Shown: piece by piece, positions 18,569-27,272 of the stretch
How positions within the stretch are numbered: position 1 is the first letter of the stretch
Layout of the letters: each line of letters begins with the position of its first letter
DNA from: Gemmatimonadota bacterium
Lineage (GTDB): Bacteria; Gemmatimonadota; Gemmatimonadetes; Palauibacterales; Palauibacteraceae
Assembly: GCA_039585915.1 (NCBI GenBank)
Contig: JBDGUZ010000016.1
Coordinates: 1-44,065, forward strand
DNA length: 44,065 nt
Direction: 5' to 3'
Translations under genes and position numbers: made by a program
The notes under the pieces: model-generated
The model's database searches: none
The model's input: the letters and a program-made list of their open reading frames with translations, nothing else
Told to the model about the DNA's origin: nothing

Positions 18569-19681
18569 ATGAATGATCCAGCCCGGGCGGCCCTCACGCC
18601 CTCCCAGCAGAGCCTCGTGGAGAAATTTCACGCTCGCCAGCTTCTCGCTCTGTCGCGCTGCATCTCGCTGGTAGAAAACCACCGCCCCGGATTCGAATCC
18701 GTGCTCGAAGAACTGCATGACGGAGTCGGATCCGCCCGCCGCGTGGGAATCACAGGCCCACCCGGCGCCGGGAAATCGACGCTCACGGCGGCTCTCGGTC
18801 GCGCTTATCGAGACCGGGGACTCACAGTGGGGATCATCGCGGTCGATCCCAGCAGCCCGTTCACGGGAGGTGCGCTGCTCGGAGATCGGGTCCGTATGGA
18901 CGATCTGGCCACGGAGGACGGGATCTTCATCCGGTCAATGGCGAGTCGCGGTTCACACGGCGGACTGGCCGCAGCGACGCGCGAGGTGGCCGATCTGCTC
19001 GATGCGTTCGGATTCGACCGGATCCTCCTCGAAACGGTCGGTGTGGGGCAGTCGGAGCTGGAGGTCGCGTCCTCGGCGGATTCGACGCTGGTCGTCCTCG
19101 TACCCGAGTCGGGAGACGGGATTCAGGCGATGAAAGCCGGCCTGATGGAGGTGGCGGATTTGTTTTGCGTCAACAAGGCGGATCGGCCCGGAGCGGACCG
19201 GCTGAAGAAGGAAATCGAAGTCGTTCTCACACTCCGTACCGGCTCCGCCTCCAGCCGTGTTCCCGGCCATCACGGCGTGGATCTTTCCTCGATCGCGGCA
19301 GGTCGAACTACGGACAGTTCTCCGATCCCGGAGTCCGTATCCGGCGCACAGGAATCGGAGGCTGCCCGGGCGTGGGTCGTCCCGGTTCTCAAGTGCGTCG
19401 CGTCAACGGGCGACGGTGTCCTGGAGATCGCTGCAGGCCTGGACAGTCACTTCGCCTGGCTGGAGTCCACGGGGCGACTGGAGTCGAATCGTCGCGAACA
19501 GGCGATGGAGCATGCTCGCCTGGTGCTCGAACGAACGGTGGGTCGTCGCGCGATGGATGCCTGGACCACGTGGGTGGAAATGGCTGGCCACGACCCGGTG
19601 GCTGGGCGGAGGTCACCGTACGCGATCAGCAGGGAGGTGTACGGGAGCTTGTGGCCGGATTCGGACAGTATGCCGGATTGA
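18569..19681 (+). CDS. meaB: MeaB/ArgK GTPase chaperone of B12-dependent acyl-CoA mutase
   Basis: GITGPPGAGKST, AVDPSSPFTGGALLGDRVRM, FIRSMASRG, ETVGVGQSE, GDGIQAMKAG, NKAD. Confidence 0.96.
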   Translation: MNDPARAALTPSQQSLVEKFHARQLLALSRCISLVENHRPGFESVLEELHDGVGSARRVGITGPPGAGKSTLTAALGRAYRDRGLTVGIIAVDPSSPFTGGALLGDRVRMDDLATEDGIFIRSMASRGSHGGLAAATREVADLLDAFGFDRILLETVGVGQSELEVASSADSTLVVLVPESGDGIQAMKAGLMEVADLFCVNKADRPGADRLKKEIEVVLTLRTGSASSRVPGHHGVDLSSIAAGRTTDSSPIPESVSGAQESEAARAWVVPVLKCVASTGDGVLEIAAGLDSHFAWLESTGRLESNRREQAMEHARLVLERTVGRRAMDAWTTWVEMAGHDPVAGRRSPYAISREVYGSLWPDSDSMPD

Positions 19682-19712
19682 GCGAATCCTCTCCGGTGCT
19701 GGGTCGGCCTCA

Positions 19713-19732
19713 TCGAATTGTCGTATATTCGA
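19713..19732 (+). promoter_or_regulatory. Candidate -10 (TATATT 19724-19729) overlapped by palindrome TCGAAT-N8-ATTCGA upstream of the mutase gene
   Basis: Read directly from the 85-nt meaB-mutase intergenic region. Confidence 0.35.
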
Positions 19733-19766
19733 CCGGCGGACGTTCACGAACAGGGGAAGGTCGAGC

Positions 19767-21488
19767 ATGAGTCACGTACTGGATCGTGATACGGCGGAAG
19801 CGCTGCAGGCGGAGGTCGAGCGCCGCAAGGCTGAGCTCGCCGAGCTGGAGCACAGGCTCAGGAGCTGGACGGCCGGCTACGAGGCGACCCCGAAGCGTGA
19901 CGACACGGACTTCACGACTGTTTCGGGCAGGCCGATCGGGCCGCTGTACACGCCGCTGGACACGCGGGATGACGAGTATCTGCGGGACCTGGGTCTTCCA
20001 GGCGAGTATCCGTTTACGCGGGGTCCATATCAGACGATGTACCGTACGCGCTTGTGGACGATGCGGTTGTTCTCGGGCTTCGCGACTGCCGAGGAAACCA
20101 ACCAGCGGTACAAGTTTCTGCTCGAGAGGGGCCAGACCGGGCTCTCGGTGGCGTTCGATTTTCCGACGTTGATGGGCTATGACTCGGACGATCCGATGTC
20201 CGAGGGCGAGGTAGGAAAGTGCGGCGTGGCGATCTCCAGCCTCGCAGACATGGAGACCCTGTTCGACGGGATTCCCCTCGATCGCGTTTCCGTGTCGATG
20301 ACGATCAACGGTCCGGCCATCATGCTGTACTGCTTCCTCCTCGCCACGGCTGAGAAGCAGGGTGTGTCGTTCGACAGGGTGCGGGGGACGATCCAGAACG
20401 ACATCCTCAAGGAGTACATGGCGCAGCACGCGTGGATCTATCCGCCCGAGCCGGCGCTGAAGATCATCGGCGACGTCTTCGAGTGGTCCGCAGAGAACGC
20501 TCCCGGGTTCAACACGATCTCGATCAGCGGCTATCACATCCGGGAGGCCGGCGCGACTGCGGGCCAGGAACTCGCGTACACGCTGAAGAACGGCTTCACG
20601 TACGTGGAGCACGGCATCGAACGCGGTCTCGACGTAGACGAGTTCGCGCCGCGGCTCTCCTTCTTCTGGGATGTGCACAACGATTTCTTCGAGGAAATAG
20701 CAAAATTCCGCGCGGGACGGCGGATCTGGGCCCGGCACATGCGCGACATCTACGGAGCGAAGCAGCCAGCCAGCTGGAGGCTGCGCACGCACGCGCAGAC
20801 GGCCGGCGTGACGCTGACCGCCCAGCAGCCGTACAACAACGTCGCGCGCGTCGCGTACCAGGGTTTGGCGGCCGTGCTCGGCGGAACGCAGTCGCTGCAC
20901 ACGAACGCGCTCGACGAGACCCTGGCGTTGCCGACAGAGCATGCCGTCCGAATCGCCCTGCGAACGCAGCAGATTCTTGCGTACGAGACGGGCGTCGCGA
21001 ATACGATCGACCCACTCGCAGGCTCATACTTCATCGAAAATCTGACAGACGAGCTGGAGGAAGAGGCCGAGCAGATCTTCGCGGAAATCGATGACCTCGG
21101 CGGAGTCGTCGCGGGGATCGAGGGTGGGTACTTCCAGAGCCGGATCGCCAGCTCCGCCCACCGGTTCCAGGCCGAGCTCGAATCAGGGCACCGCCTGATC
21201 GTGGGAGTCAACGCGTTCGAGGAGGCCGACGAAGATCACGGCCTCGAGATCCTGCGGATCGATGAGTCCGCCGGCCTGACGCAGCGCCGTCGCCTGACGC
21301 AGCTGCGCGAGGCGCGCGACGCGGACCGGGTCCACGACACGCTGGAGGCGCTCACGGCGGCCGCAAAGCGGGATGACAACCTGGTTCCACCGATGCTGGA
21401 AGCGGTCCGGGCCTACGCCACGCTCGGCGAAATCCGGCAGTCGCTGGAAGACGTGTACGGACGCTTCAAGGAGCCCGTGTCGTTCTGA
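19767..21488 (+). CDS. B12-dependent acyl-CoA mutase, large substrate-binding subunit; isobutyryl-CoA-mutase-type specificity residues
   Basis: PGEYPFTRGPY..MY, WTMRLFSGF, GLSVAFD.PT..GYDSD, TIQNDILKEYMAQ, ISISGYHIREAG, HAQT, GGTQSLHTN. ATG 19767 follows a GGGGAAGG purine-rich tract. Confidence 0.93.
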   Translation: MSHVLDRDTAEALQAEVERRKAELAELEHRLRSWTAGYEATPKRDDTDFTTVSGRPIGPLYTPLDTRDDEYLRDLGLPGEYPFTRGPYQTMYRTRLWTMRLFSGFATAEETNQRYKFLLERGQTGLSVAFDFPTLMGYDSDDPMSEGEVGKCGVAISSLADMETLFDGIPLDRVSVSMTINGPAIMLYCFLLATAEKQGVSFDRVRGTIQNDILKEYMAQHAWIYPPEPALKIIGDVFEWSAENAPGFNTISISGYHIREAGATAGQELAYTLKNGFTYVEHGIERGLDVDEFAPRLSFFWDVHNDFFEEIAKFRAGRRIWARHMRDIYGAKQPASWRLRTHAQTAGVTLTAQQPYNNVARVAYQGLAAVLGGTQSLHTNALDETLALPTEHAVRIALRTQQILAYETGVANTIDPLAGSYFIENLTDELEEEAEQIFAEIDDLGGVVAGIEGGYFQSRIASSAHRFQAELESGHRLIVGVNAFEEADEDHGLEILRIDESAGLTQRRRLTQLREARDADRVHDTLEALTAAAKRDDNLVPPMLEAVRAYATLGEIRQSLEDVYGRFKEPVSF

Positions 21489-21517
21489 GCCCCGGCGACG
21501 CGCCAGGACCGGGGCTC
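21487..21517 (+). other. GC-rich hairpin between the mutase large and small subunit genes (mRNA stability element or weak terminator)
   Basis: GAGCCCCGG (21487-21495) pairs with CCGGGGCTC (21509-21517); no U-tract. Confidence 0.35.
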
Positions 21518-21620
21518 CCGCGAGGGTGGTCGGGGCCGCTCGGAGCCTGAAAACGTCTATTCGCCCGATCCGGAACCGGAACCGGCGGGACGAGTGGAAA
21601 CCACGAGCCAGAGCATTCCC

Positions 21621-22040
21621 ATGAGCGAGAAGAAGATCCGCGTCCTCGTCGCCAAACCAGGCCTGGACGGGCACGATCGTGGAGCGAAGGTGATCGCCGC
21701 GGCCCTGCGTGATGCGGGCATGGAGGTGATCTATACCGGCCTGCACCAGACCCCCGAGAAGATCGCGGCAACCGCTCTGCAGGAGGATGTGGACGTGGTT
21801 GCCCTGTCCATCCTGTCCGGTGCGCACATGACCCTGTTTCCCAGAGTGCAGTCACTCCTTGCCGAAAACGGAATGAATGACGTGCTTGTCACCGGCGGCG
21901 GCATCATCCCGGCCGAGGACATCGACTCGCTGCGCGAGCTGGGTGTCGGGGAGCTGTTCGGCCCGGGCACGCCCACCGCGGCTGCGGTCGAGTACATCCG
22001 CTCGTGGTACGATGACAGCGACCGGAGCAGGGAAGACTGA
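21621..22040 (+). CDS. Cobalamin-binding small subunit of acyl-CoA mutase
   Basis: [17 protein letters not shown] (DxHxxG), SILSGAH, GGGIIP, FGPGTP. Confidence 0.95.
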   Translation: MSEKKIRVLVAKPGLDGHDRGAKVIAAALRDAGMEVIYTGLHQTPEKIAATALQEDVDVVALSILSGAHMTLFPRVQSLLAENGMNDVLVTGGGIIPAEDIDSLRELGVGELFGPGTPTAAAVEYIRSWYDDSDRSRED

Positions 22041-23654
22041 TGCCGTACACCGCGTCACGTATGCGGCAGGCCGTCGACGAGCTCCGCCCGCTCGAGGAGC
22101 AGTTGCGCCAGGGTGGGGGAGCGGCGCGGATCGAGAAGCAACACTCGCAGGGCAAGCTCACGGCGCGGGAGAGGATCGAACGCCTGATCGATCCCGGCGG
22201 AGGATTCCTGGAGATCGGGCTCCTCGTCGCATGGGATCAGTACGACGGGCAGGCGCCCGCTGCAGGCGTCGTGACGGGGATCGGAGAGGTTTCGGGACGG
22301 GTCGTTGTGATCGTGGCGAACGATGCCACCGTGAAGGCGGGGAGTTGGTGGCCCGAGACGATTACCAAGATCCTGCGCGCGCAGGAGATCGCGATGCGCA
22401 GCCGGGTGCCGATCCTCTATCTCGTAGATTCAGCAGGTGTGAACCTTCCGTACCAGGGCGGCGTGTTTCCCGGCAAGTACGGCGCGAGCCGGATCTTCTA
22501 TTACAATTCGATCATGCGGCGCTACCTGGATGTGCCGCAGCTCTCAGCCGTGATGGGTCCGTGTATCGCCGGCGGCGCCTATCTCCCGGCCCTGTCGGAC
22601 TCGATCGTGATGGTCGACGGAACGAGCTTCATGGGGCTCGGCGGACCCAACCTGGTGAAGGGTGCGACGGGCCAGGACGTGGATTCCGAGGAGCTGGGGG
22701 GAGCCCGGACCCACAACGTGATCAGCGGTGTCGCGCACTTCGAGGTAGCCGACGACCTGGAGTGCATCGAGAAGCTGCGGGACCTGGTCGCCGACCTGCC
22801 GCGACCGAAACTGCTGCCCCCGACCGATGAGCCCAGGGAGCCCGGGCGCTCGGCCGAAGACGTGTACGACCTGATGCCTGCCGACCATCGGCAGCCGTAT
22901 GACGTCAGGGCGCTCCTCGATTCGTTTCTCGACGAAGGGCAGTTCGATGAGTTCCAGGCCGGTTTCGCCCCGGAGATGCTGACGGCGGCGGCACGCCTGC
23001 GAGGTCGACGTGTCGGCGTAATCGCGAACCGGCGGGCCATGTACAAGGACCCCGCGGGCGGGCCGCCGAAGTTCGGCGGCATCGTGTACGCGGACAGCGC
23101 GGAGAAAGTCGCCTACTTCATGGATATGTGCGACCGCCAGAAAATGCCGTTGCTGTTCGTGCAGGACGTGAGCGGCTTCATGGTCGGCGTGGAGGCGGAG
23201 CACTCGGGAATCATCCGGGCCGGAGCTCGGATGGTGGAGTCCATGGCCGTTGCCCGCGTTCCGAAGATCGTGCTGACGACCAATCATGCGAAGTGGCGCC
23301 GGATACTACGCCATGGCCGGGCAGGGTTTCGATCCGGATTTCATCTTCACCTGGCCCACCGGGCGCATGGGTGTGATGGAGGGTGAGTCGGCGGTGCGGG
23401 CGATCTTCGGCCGGAAAATCGACCAGGCCGCGGAAGCCGGGGAGGAGCTCGATTCGGATACGGTCGAAGCGATCGAGCACACCCGCGCCGAGTACGAGAA
23501 GCAGCTCGACGCGACGTACGCGGCGGCCCGCGGATTCGTAGACGCGATCATCGTTCCGGAAGACACGCGTGACGTACTCGACCTGGCCATGCGCTGCTCG
23601 CTCGAGAACCCGGCGCCGCATGTCGGCACTTTTACCCTGAGAGACGACGCGTGA
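22040..23654 (+). CDS. Acyl-CoA carboxylase carboxyltransferase (beta) subunit, MccB/LiuB/AtuC-like; +1 frameshift at 23291-23292 as sequenced
   Basis: GKLTARERI..L.D, ANDATVKAG, LVDSAG, GPCIAGGAY, QDVSGFMVG..AE..GIIR.GA. Removing one A restores NHASGAGYYAMAG and the C-terminal YAAARGFVDAII.P..TR. Confidence 0.9.
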
Positions 23655-23691
23655 ACGACCGCGGTGGCCCACTCAGGTCCAGGAGAGGCCG

Positions 23692-25077
23692 ATGAGCAAG
23701 CGCATCGTGCGTGTGGCTTCGGGCCAGGGCTTCTGGGGAGACTGGCAGGAAGCCCCGAAGCTGCAGGTCCGGACCGGCGAGATCGACTACCTGATGCTCG
23801 ACTACCTGGCCGAGATCACGATGTCGATCCTTCAGAAGCAGACCGCACGGGATCCCTCGGCAGGTTATGCGCGGGACTTCGTGCCGCTGATCGCGGGACT
23901 CGCCCCGGAGCTGCTGGGCCGTGGGATCCGGGTCGTCAGCAACGCAGGCGGAGTGAATCCAGACGGATGCCGTCGGGCCCTGTTCGACACCCTGGACTCG
24001 ATTCCGACCTCGCGTCCGCTGCGGGTGGCGGTCGTGTCCGGCGACGATCTTATGGACCGGCTCGACTCGCTGCTCGACGAAGGTCACGAGCTGCGGAACA
24101 TGGAGACCGGCGAGCCGCTGTCGACCGTTCGGGAGCGAGTACAGAGCGCCAACGCCTACATCGGGGCCGGCCCGATCATCGAGGCGCTGCGTATGGACGC
24201 CGACGTAGTGATCACGGGCCGATCGACCGACACGGCACTCACTTACGCGCCGCTGATCCACGAGCACGGTTGGGCGGCGGACGACTGGGACAGGATAGCG
24301 GCAGGCGTCGTGGCCGGGCATATCAACGAGTGCGGAGCCCAGGCCACCGGCGGCAACACGCTGTTCGACTGGCGGAGCGTGGATCTGGCGGCTCCCGGCT
24401 ACCCGATCATCGAGATGGCCGCAGACGGCTCGTTCGTCGTCACCAAGCATGCTGAACTCGGCGGCAGGGTGACGTGGGCTACGGTCACCGAGCAGCTCGT
24501 GTACGAAATGGGCGACCCTGTCGAGTACATCACGCCCGACTGCATCGCTGACTTCTCGACCATCCGATTGCGTGACCTGGGAGAGGATCGAGTCGCGATC
24601 TCCGGTGTTCGGGGACGCGAGAGAACCGGAATGCTCAAGGTGTCTATCGCCTACAGGGACGGGTGGAAGGCGACCGGCAGTCTCGTGTATGCCGCCCCGG
24701 ATGCGCTCGACAAGGCGATTCGGGCGGATGAGATCCTCCGTGCGCGACTCGAACACCTGGGATTGCAATTCGATGAGATCCGCACCGAGTACATCGGCGC
24801 CGGCGCCTGCTCCGGCCGTGGTCCGGACGTGTTGCCGGAAGCCGTTCGGCAGGGTTTGCCAGAGGTGGAGTTGCGCGTCGGAGCCCGCTCCGCCGACCGA
24901 GCGGCCGTCGACCGGTTCACTCGTGAACTGGCGCCACTGATCCTCGCGGGTCCACCGTCGGTCACCGGATTCGCGGCGGGCCGACCGCGCGTGCAGGAGA
25001 TCATGGCCTACTGGCCGGCACTGATCGATCGGAATGCAGTCGAACAGAACCTCGAGGTCGAGGTGAGCCACGCATGA
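23692..25077 (+). CDS. Acyclic terpene utilization AtuA-family protein (DUF1446), N-terminal part
   Basis: GQGFWGD, DYL.LDYLAEITM, NAGGVNP, VSGDDL, SANAYIGA, ADVVITGR.TD, AGH..ECGAQATGGN, EQLVYE.GDP..Y.TPD. Confidence 0.9.
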   Translation: MSKRIVRVASGQGFWGDWQEAPKLQVRTGEIDYLMLDYLAEITMSILQKQTARDPSAGYARDFVPLIAGLAPELLGRGIRVVSNAGGVNPDGCRRALFDTLDSIPTSRPLRVAVVSGDDLMDRLDSLLDEGHELRNMETGEPLSTVRERVQSANAYIGAGPIIEALRMDADVVITGRSTDTALTYAPLIHEHGWAADDWDRIAAGVVAGHINECGAQATGGNTLFDWRSVDLAAPGYPIIEMAADGSFVVTKHAELGGRVTWATVTEQLVYEMGDPVEYITPDCIADFSTIRLRDLGEDRVAISGVRGRERTGMLKVSIAYRDGWKATGSLVYAAPDALDKAIRADEILRARLEHLGLQFDEIRTEYIGAGACSGRGPDVLPEAVRQGLPEVELRVGARSADRAAVDRFTRELAPLILAGPPSVTGFAAGRPRVQEIMAYWPALIDRNAVEQNLEVEVSHA

Positions 25078-25466
25078 GAATTCGACTGGAACGCATCGCG
25101 ATCGCGAGATCGGGAGACAAGGGAGACGCGGCAAACGTGGGCGTCATCGCCCTGATCGAGGACGCCTGGCCGATCCTCGTGCGCGAGGTGACCGAGGCCC
25201 GGGTCAGCGAGCACTTCGCGGCCGTGTGCCGGGGGCGGGTAGACCGGTTCGAGCTCCCGAACCTCGGGGCCCTGAATTTCCTGCTACATGAATCACTCGG
25301 CGGAGGCGGAACGGTATCGCTGATGCTGGACGCCCAGGGAAAGACGTTTGCGTCGTCGCTGCTCGAGCTGGAGATCGACGCCTCGGAAGAGATCGTCTCG
25401 TTGTGCGACCGGGTCCGGACGGGTGAGCTTCCCGGTCGGGGATCCGGAAGCCCGGATTTGCGCTGA
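25074..25466 (+). CDS. AtuA-related small protein (stand-alone AtuA C-terminal-type domain)
   Basis: ARSGDKGD.ANVGV, RFELPNL.ALNFLL...LGGGG..SL..DAQGK; ATGA-coupled to the upstream gene. Confidence 0.85.
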   Translation: MRIRLERIAIARSGDKGDAANVGVIALIEDAWPILVREVTEARVSEHFAAVCRGRVDRFELPNLGALNFLLHESLGGGGTVSLMLDAQGKTFASSLLELEIDASEEIVSLCDRVRTGELPGRGSGSPDLR

Positions 25467-25491
25467 ACCGAGAAGGCCCCGGGAGGCACGC

Positions 25492-26265
25492 GTGCAGGAA
25501 CTCGTACGGAACGAAGTCGACGGCAAGTCCGGAATCGCACGGATCATCCTTGATCGTCCCGATCGCCGGAACGCGCTCAGCGCCGGGCTGGTGGCGGAGT
25601 TGATGGACTCGCTGGCGATGGCGGATGCGGATGACCGGATCCGGGTCGTGGCGCTCTCGGGCGCGGGACCCGACTTCTGCGCCGGCGCCGACCTGGCGGA
25701 GATCCAGGAGGCCGTTGAGCAGGGCGTGCTTGCAAGCCTCGTCGATGCGGAATCCCTCGGAGAGCTGTTCCTGCTTGTGCGACGCATGGACACGCCCGTC
25801 GTTGCCGTCGTGCATGGAAGAGCCCTCGCCGGGGGCTGCGGCCTCGCCACCGCATGCGACATGGTGCTGGCAGCATCGGACGCGCGATTCGGTTATCCGG
25901 AGGTACGGCTCGGGTTCGTCCCGGCGATGGTGATGGCGATACTCCGCCGGTCCGTGGGCGAGAAGCGAGCTTTCGAGCTCATCGCACTCGGAGATACGAT
26001 CGAGGCGGATGCCGCGGAGGCGATCGGCCTGGTGAACAGGGTCTTCCCGGCCGACAGATTCGAGGCAGACGTGAATGAGTTCCTGCGGGAACTTTCATCT
26101 CGCAGCGCATCGGCCGTCAGTCTCGGTAAGCGCTTGCTGTACCAGATCGATGGCGCGAGCTTCGAGGCTGCGATCCGGGCGGGGGCACAGGTGAACGCCC
26201 TGGCCCGACTCACGGACGACTGTCAGGAAGGGATCAGTGCGTTCCTCGACCGTCGTGGAACGTGA
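25492..26265 (+). CDS. Enoyl-CoA hydratase/isomerase, methylglutaconyl-CoA hydratase (LiuC/AtuE)-like
   Basis: GGAGG RBS then GTG; RP..RNAL, FCAGADL, AGGCGL..ACD (Gly at the first catalytic Glu site), PEVRLG. Confidence 0.85.
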   Translation: MQELVRNEVDGKSGIARIILDRPDRRNALSAGLVAELMDSLAMADADDRIRVVALSGAGPDFCAGADLAEIQEAVEQGVLASLVDAESLGELFLLVRRMDTPVVAVVHGRALAGGCGLATACDMVLAASDARFGYPEVRLGFVPAMVMAILRRSVGEKRAFELIALGDTIEADAAEAIGLVNRVFPADRFEADVNEFLRELSSRSASAVSLGKRLLYQIDGASFEAAIRAGAQVNALARLTDDCQEGISAFLDRRGT

Positions 26266-26286
26266 CCGGACGGCGATAGTGAACCG

Positions 26287-27012
26287 GTGGCCGGGTCCGA
26301 ATCAGGACAGGCCGCCCCAGACAGGAATCGAACCATGCAGGGCGAGGCAAGACCAACGGTAAATCCCGCCGGCCGGGGACTCGACGGAACTGCGGTCATA
26401 CTGCTGACAGTGACGATCGTGCTCGGACTGGCCGGGGCGCGTCTGCTGATCTCCGGTGGACGCAGTGCGATCACAGGCGGAATACTGCTCCTGATCGGGG
26501 CACTTGCCGCAGAGGCAGTCGCTTTCGGCGGCCGAGCCTGGGGCCCGGAAGTAGAGGGCTCCCTGGACCTGAGCTCGCGACTCGGACTCGGGGTACTCGG
26601 GGGCATGCTGGCCGGCTTGTTTCACGCCATCCTCACCCTGTCGGCTGGCTGGACAGGCCTCGCCGCGCTTCTCGGATCAGGGATCGACGTGCAGCTCTCG
26701 GCGGCCGACTGGGGTGTCCGCCTGCTGCATGGTGTCGCGTGGGGGTTTCTGCTTGGACTCGCCTGGCGACTGATCCCGGGCGCGGACTTCGTGGGCAAGG
26801 GCCTGGTGTTCAGTCTCGTGGTCAGCGCCTACGTGCTGTTGATACGGTTTCCATTCTTCGTGGGGGTGGGCTTCCTCGGGATCGAGTTCGGCGTGTTCAC
26901 TTCGGTCCTTGTGCTGGTCGGCAACGCCTTGGCCGCCGTGCTGGCCGCGGGCGTGATCGCTTGGGGAGCGCGGAGCCCGGATCGACCCGTCAGTCAACCT
27001 CTCGTTCGCTGA
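26287..27012 (+). CDS. Hypothetical multi-pass membrane protein
   Basis: About 6-7 hydrophobic Gly/Leu-rich segments. Start uncertain (26287 GTG or 26335 ATG). Confidence 0.65.
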   Translation: MAGSESGQAAPDRNRTMQGEARPTVNPAGRGLDGTAVILLTVTIVLGLAGARLLISGGRSAITGGILLLIGALAAEAVAFGGRAWGPEVEGSLDLSSRLGLGVLGGMLAGLFHAILTLSAGWTGLAALLGSGIDVQLSAADWGVRLLHGVAWGFLLGLAWRLIPGADFVGKGLVFSLVVSAYVLLIRFPFFVGVGFLGIEFGVFTSVLVLVGNALAAVLAAGVIAWGARSPDRPVSQPLVR

Positions 27013-27038
27013 GCGACCCTGGCAGTCCGCGGAGCGGG

Positions 27039-27239
27039 ATGGCGGACCGGAATTACCGTTACTGGCTCCGATTTCAGATCGGTCTGACCACAGCGGGGAT
27101 TCTGGCCTGGCTGGCTGGAGTCGCGATCGAGAACTCGTTTCTGTCTGGTTTCGGCACGGGAGTCATGGCATCGGCTCTTGCGATCCGGTTCCTGCGCGGG
27201 CGAAGACCCGGAGAGCCGTCCGGCGGCGACGGCGCCTGA
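27039..27239 (+). CDS. Small two-TM hypothetical membrane protein (66 aa)
   Basis: GGAG upstream of ATG 27039; MADRNYRYWLRFQIGLTTAGILAWLAGVAIENSFLSGFGTGVMASALAIRFLRGRR..., two hydrophobic helices with basic flanks. Confidence 0.6.
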   Translation: MADRNYRYWLRFQIGLTTAGILAWLAGVAIENSFLSGFGTGVMASALAIRFLRGRRPGEPSGGDGA

Positions 27240-27272
27240 CGCTCCTCCGGGCCACGTGACACGAAGTGCTTC

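Noticed and set aside
18514-19766. Cobalamin riboswitch controlling the B12-dependent mutase genes
   Set aside because: The intergenic gaps are only about 55 and 85 nt and show no B12-box or recognisable core motifs.
19257-19766. N-terminal extensions in the ORF track (mutase from 19257, LytR_C from 5501, yqeK from 5262, ACAD from 31023, rplU from 33997, nfeD from 41406, crotonase from 42737)
   Set aside because: The extensions overlap neighbouring genes and have no family similarity; downstream starts with an RBS, stop-start coupling or matching family N-terminus fit better.
21571-21585. Short tandem CGGAAC repeat between the mutase subunit genes
   Set aside because: Only about 2.5 units; expected by chance and with no repeat-spacer structure.
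23286-23300. Programmed ribosomal frameshifting in the carboxyltransferase or phoH
   Set aside because: No slippery sequence is visible at either site; a simple indel or deletion explains both.
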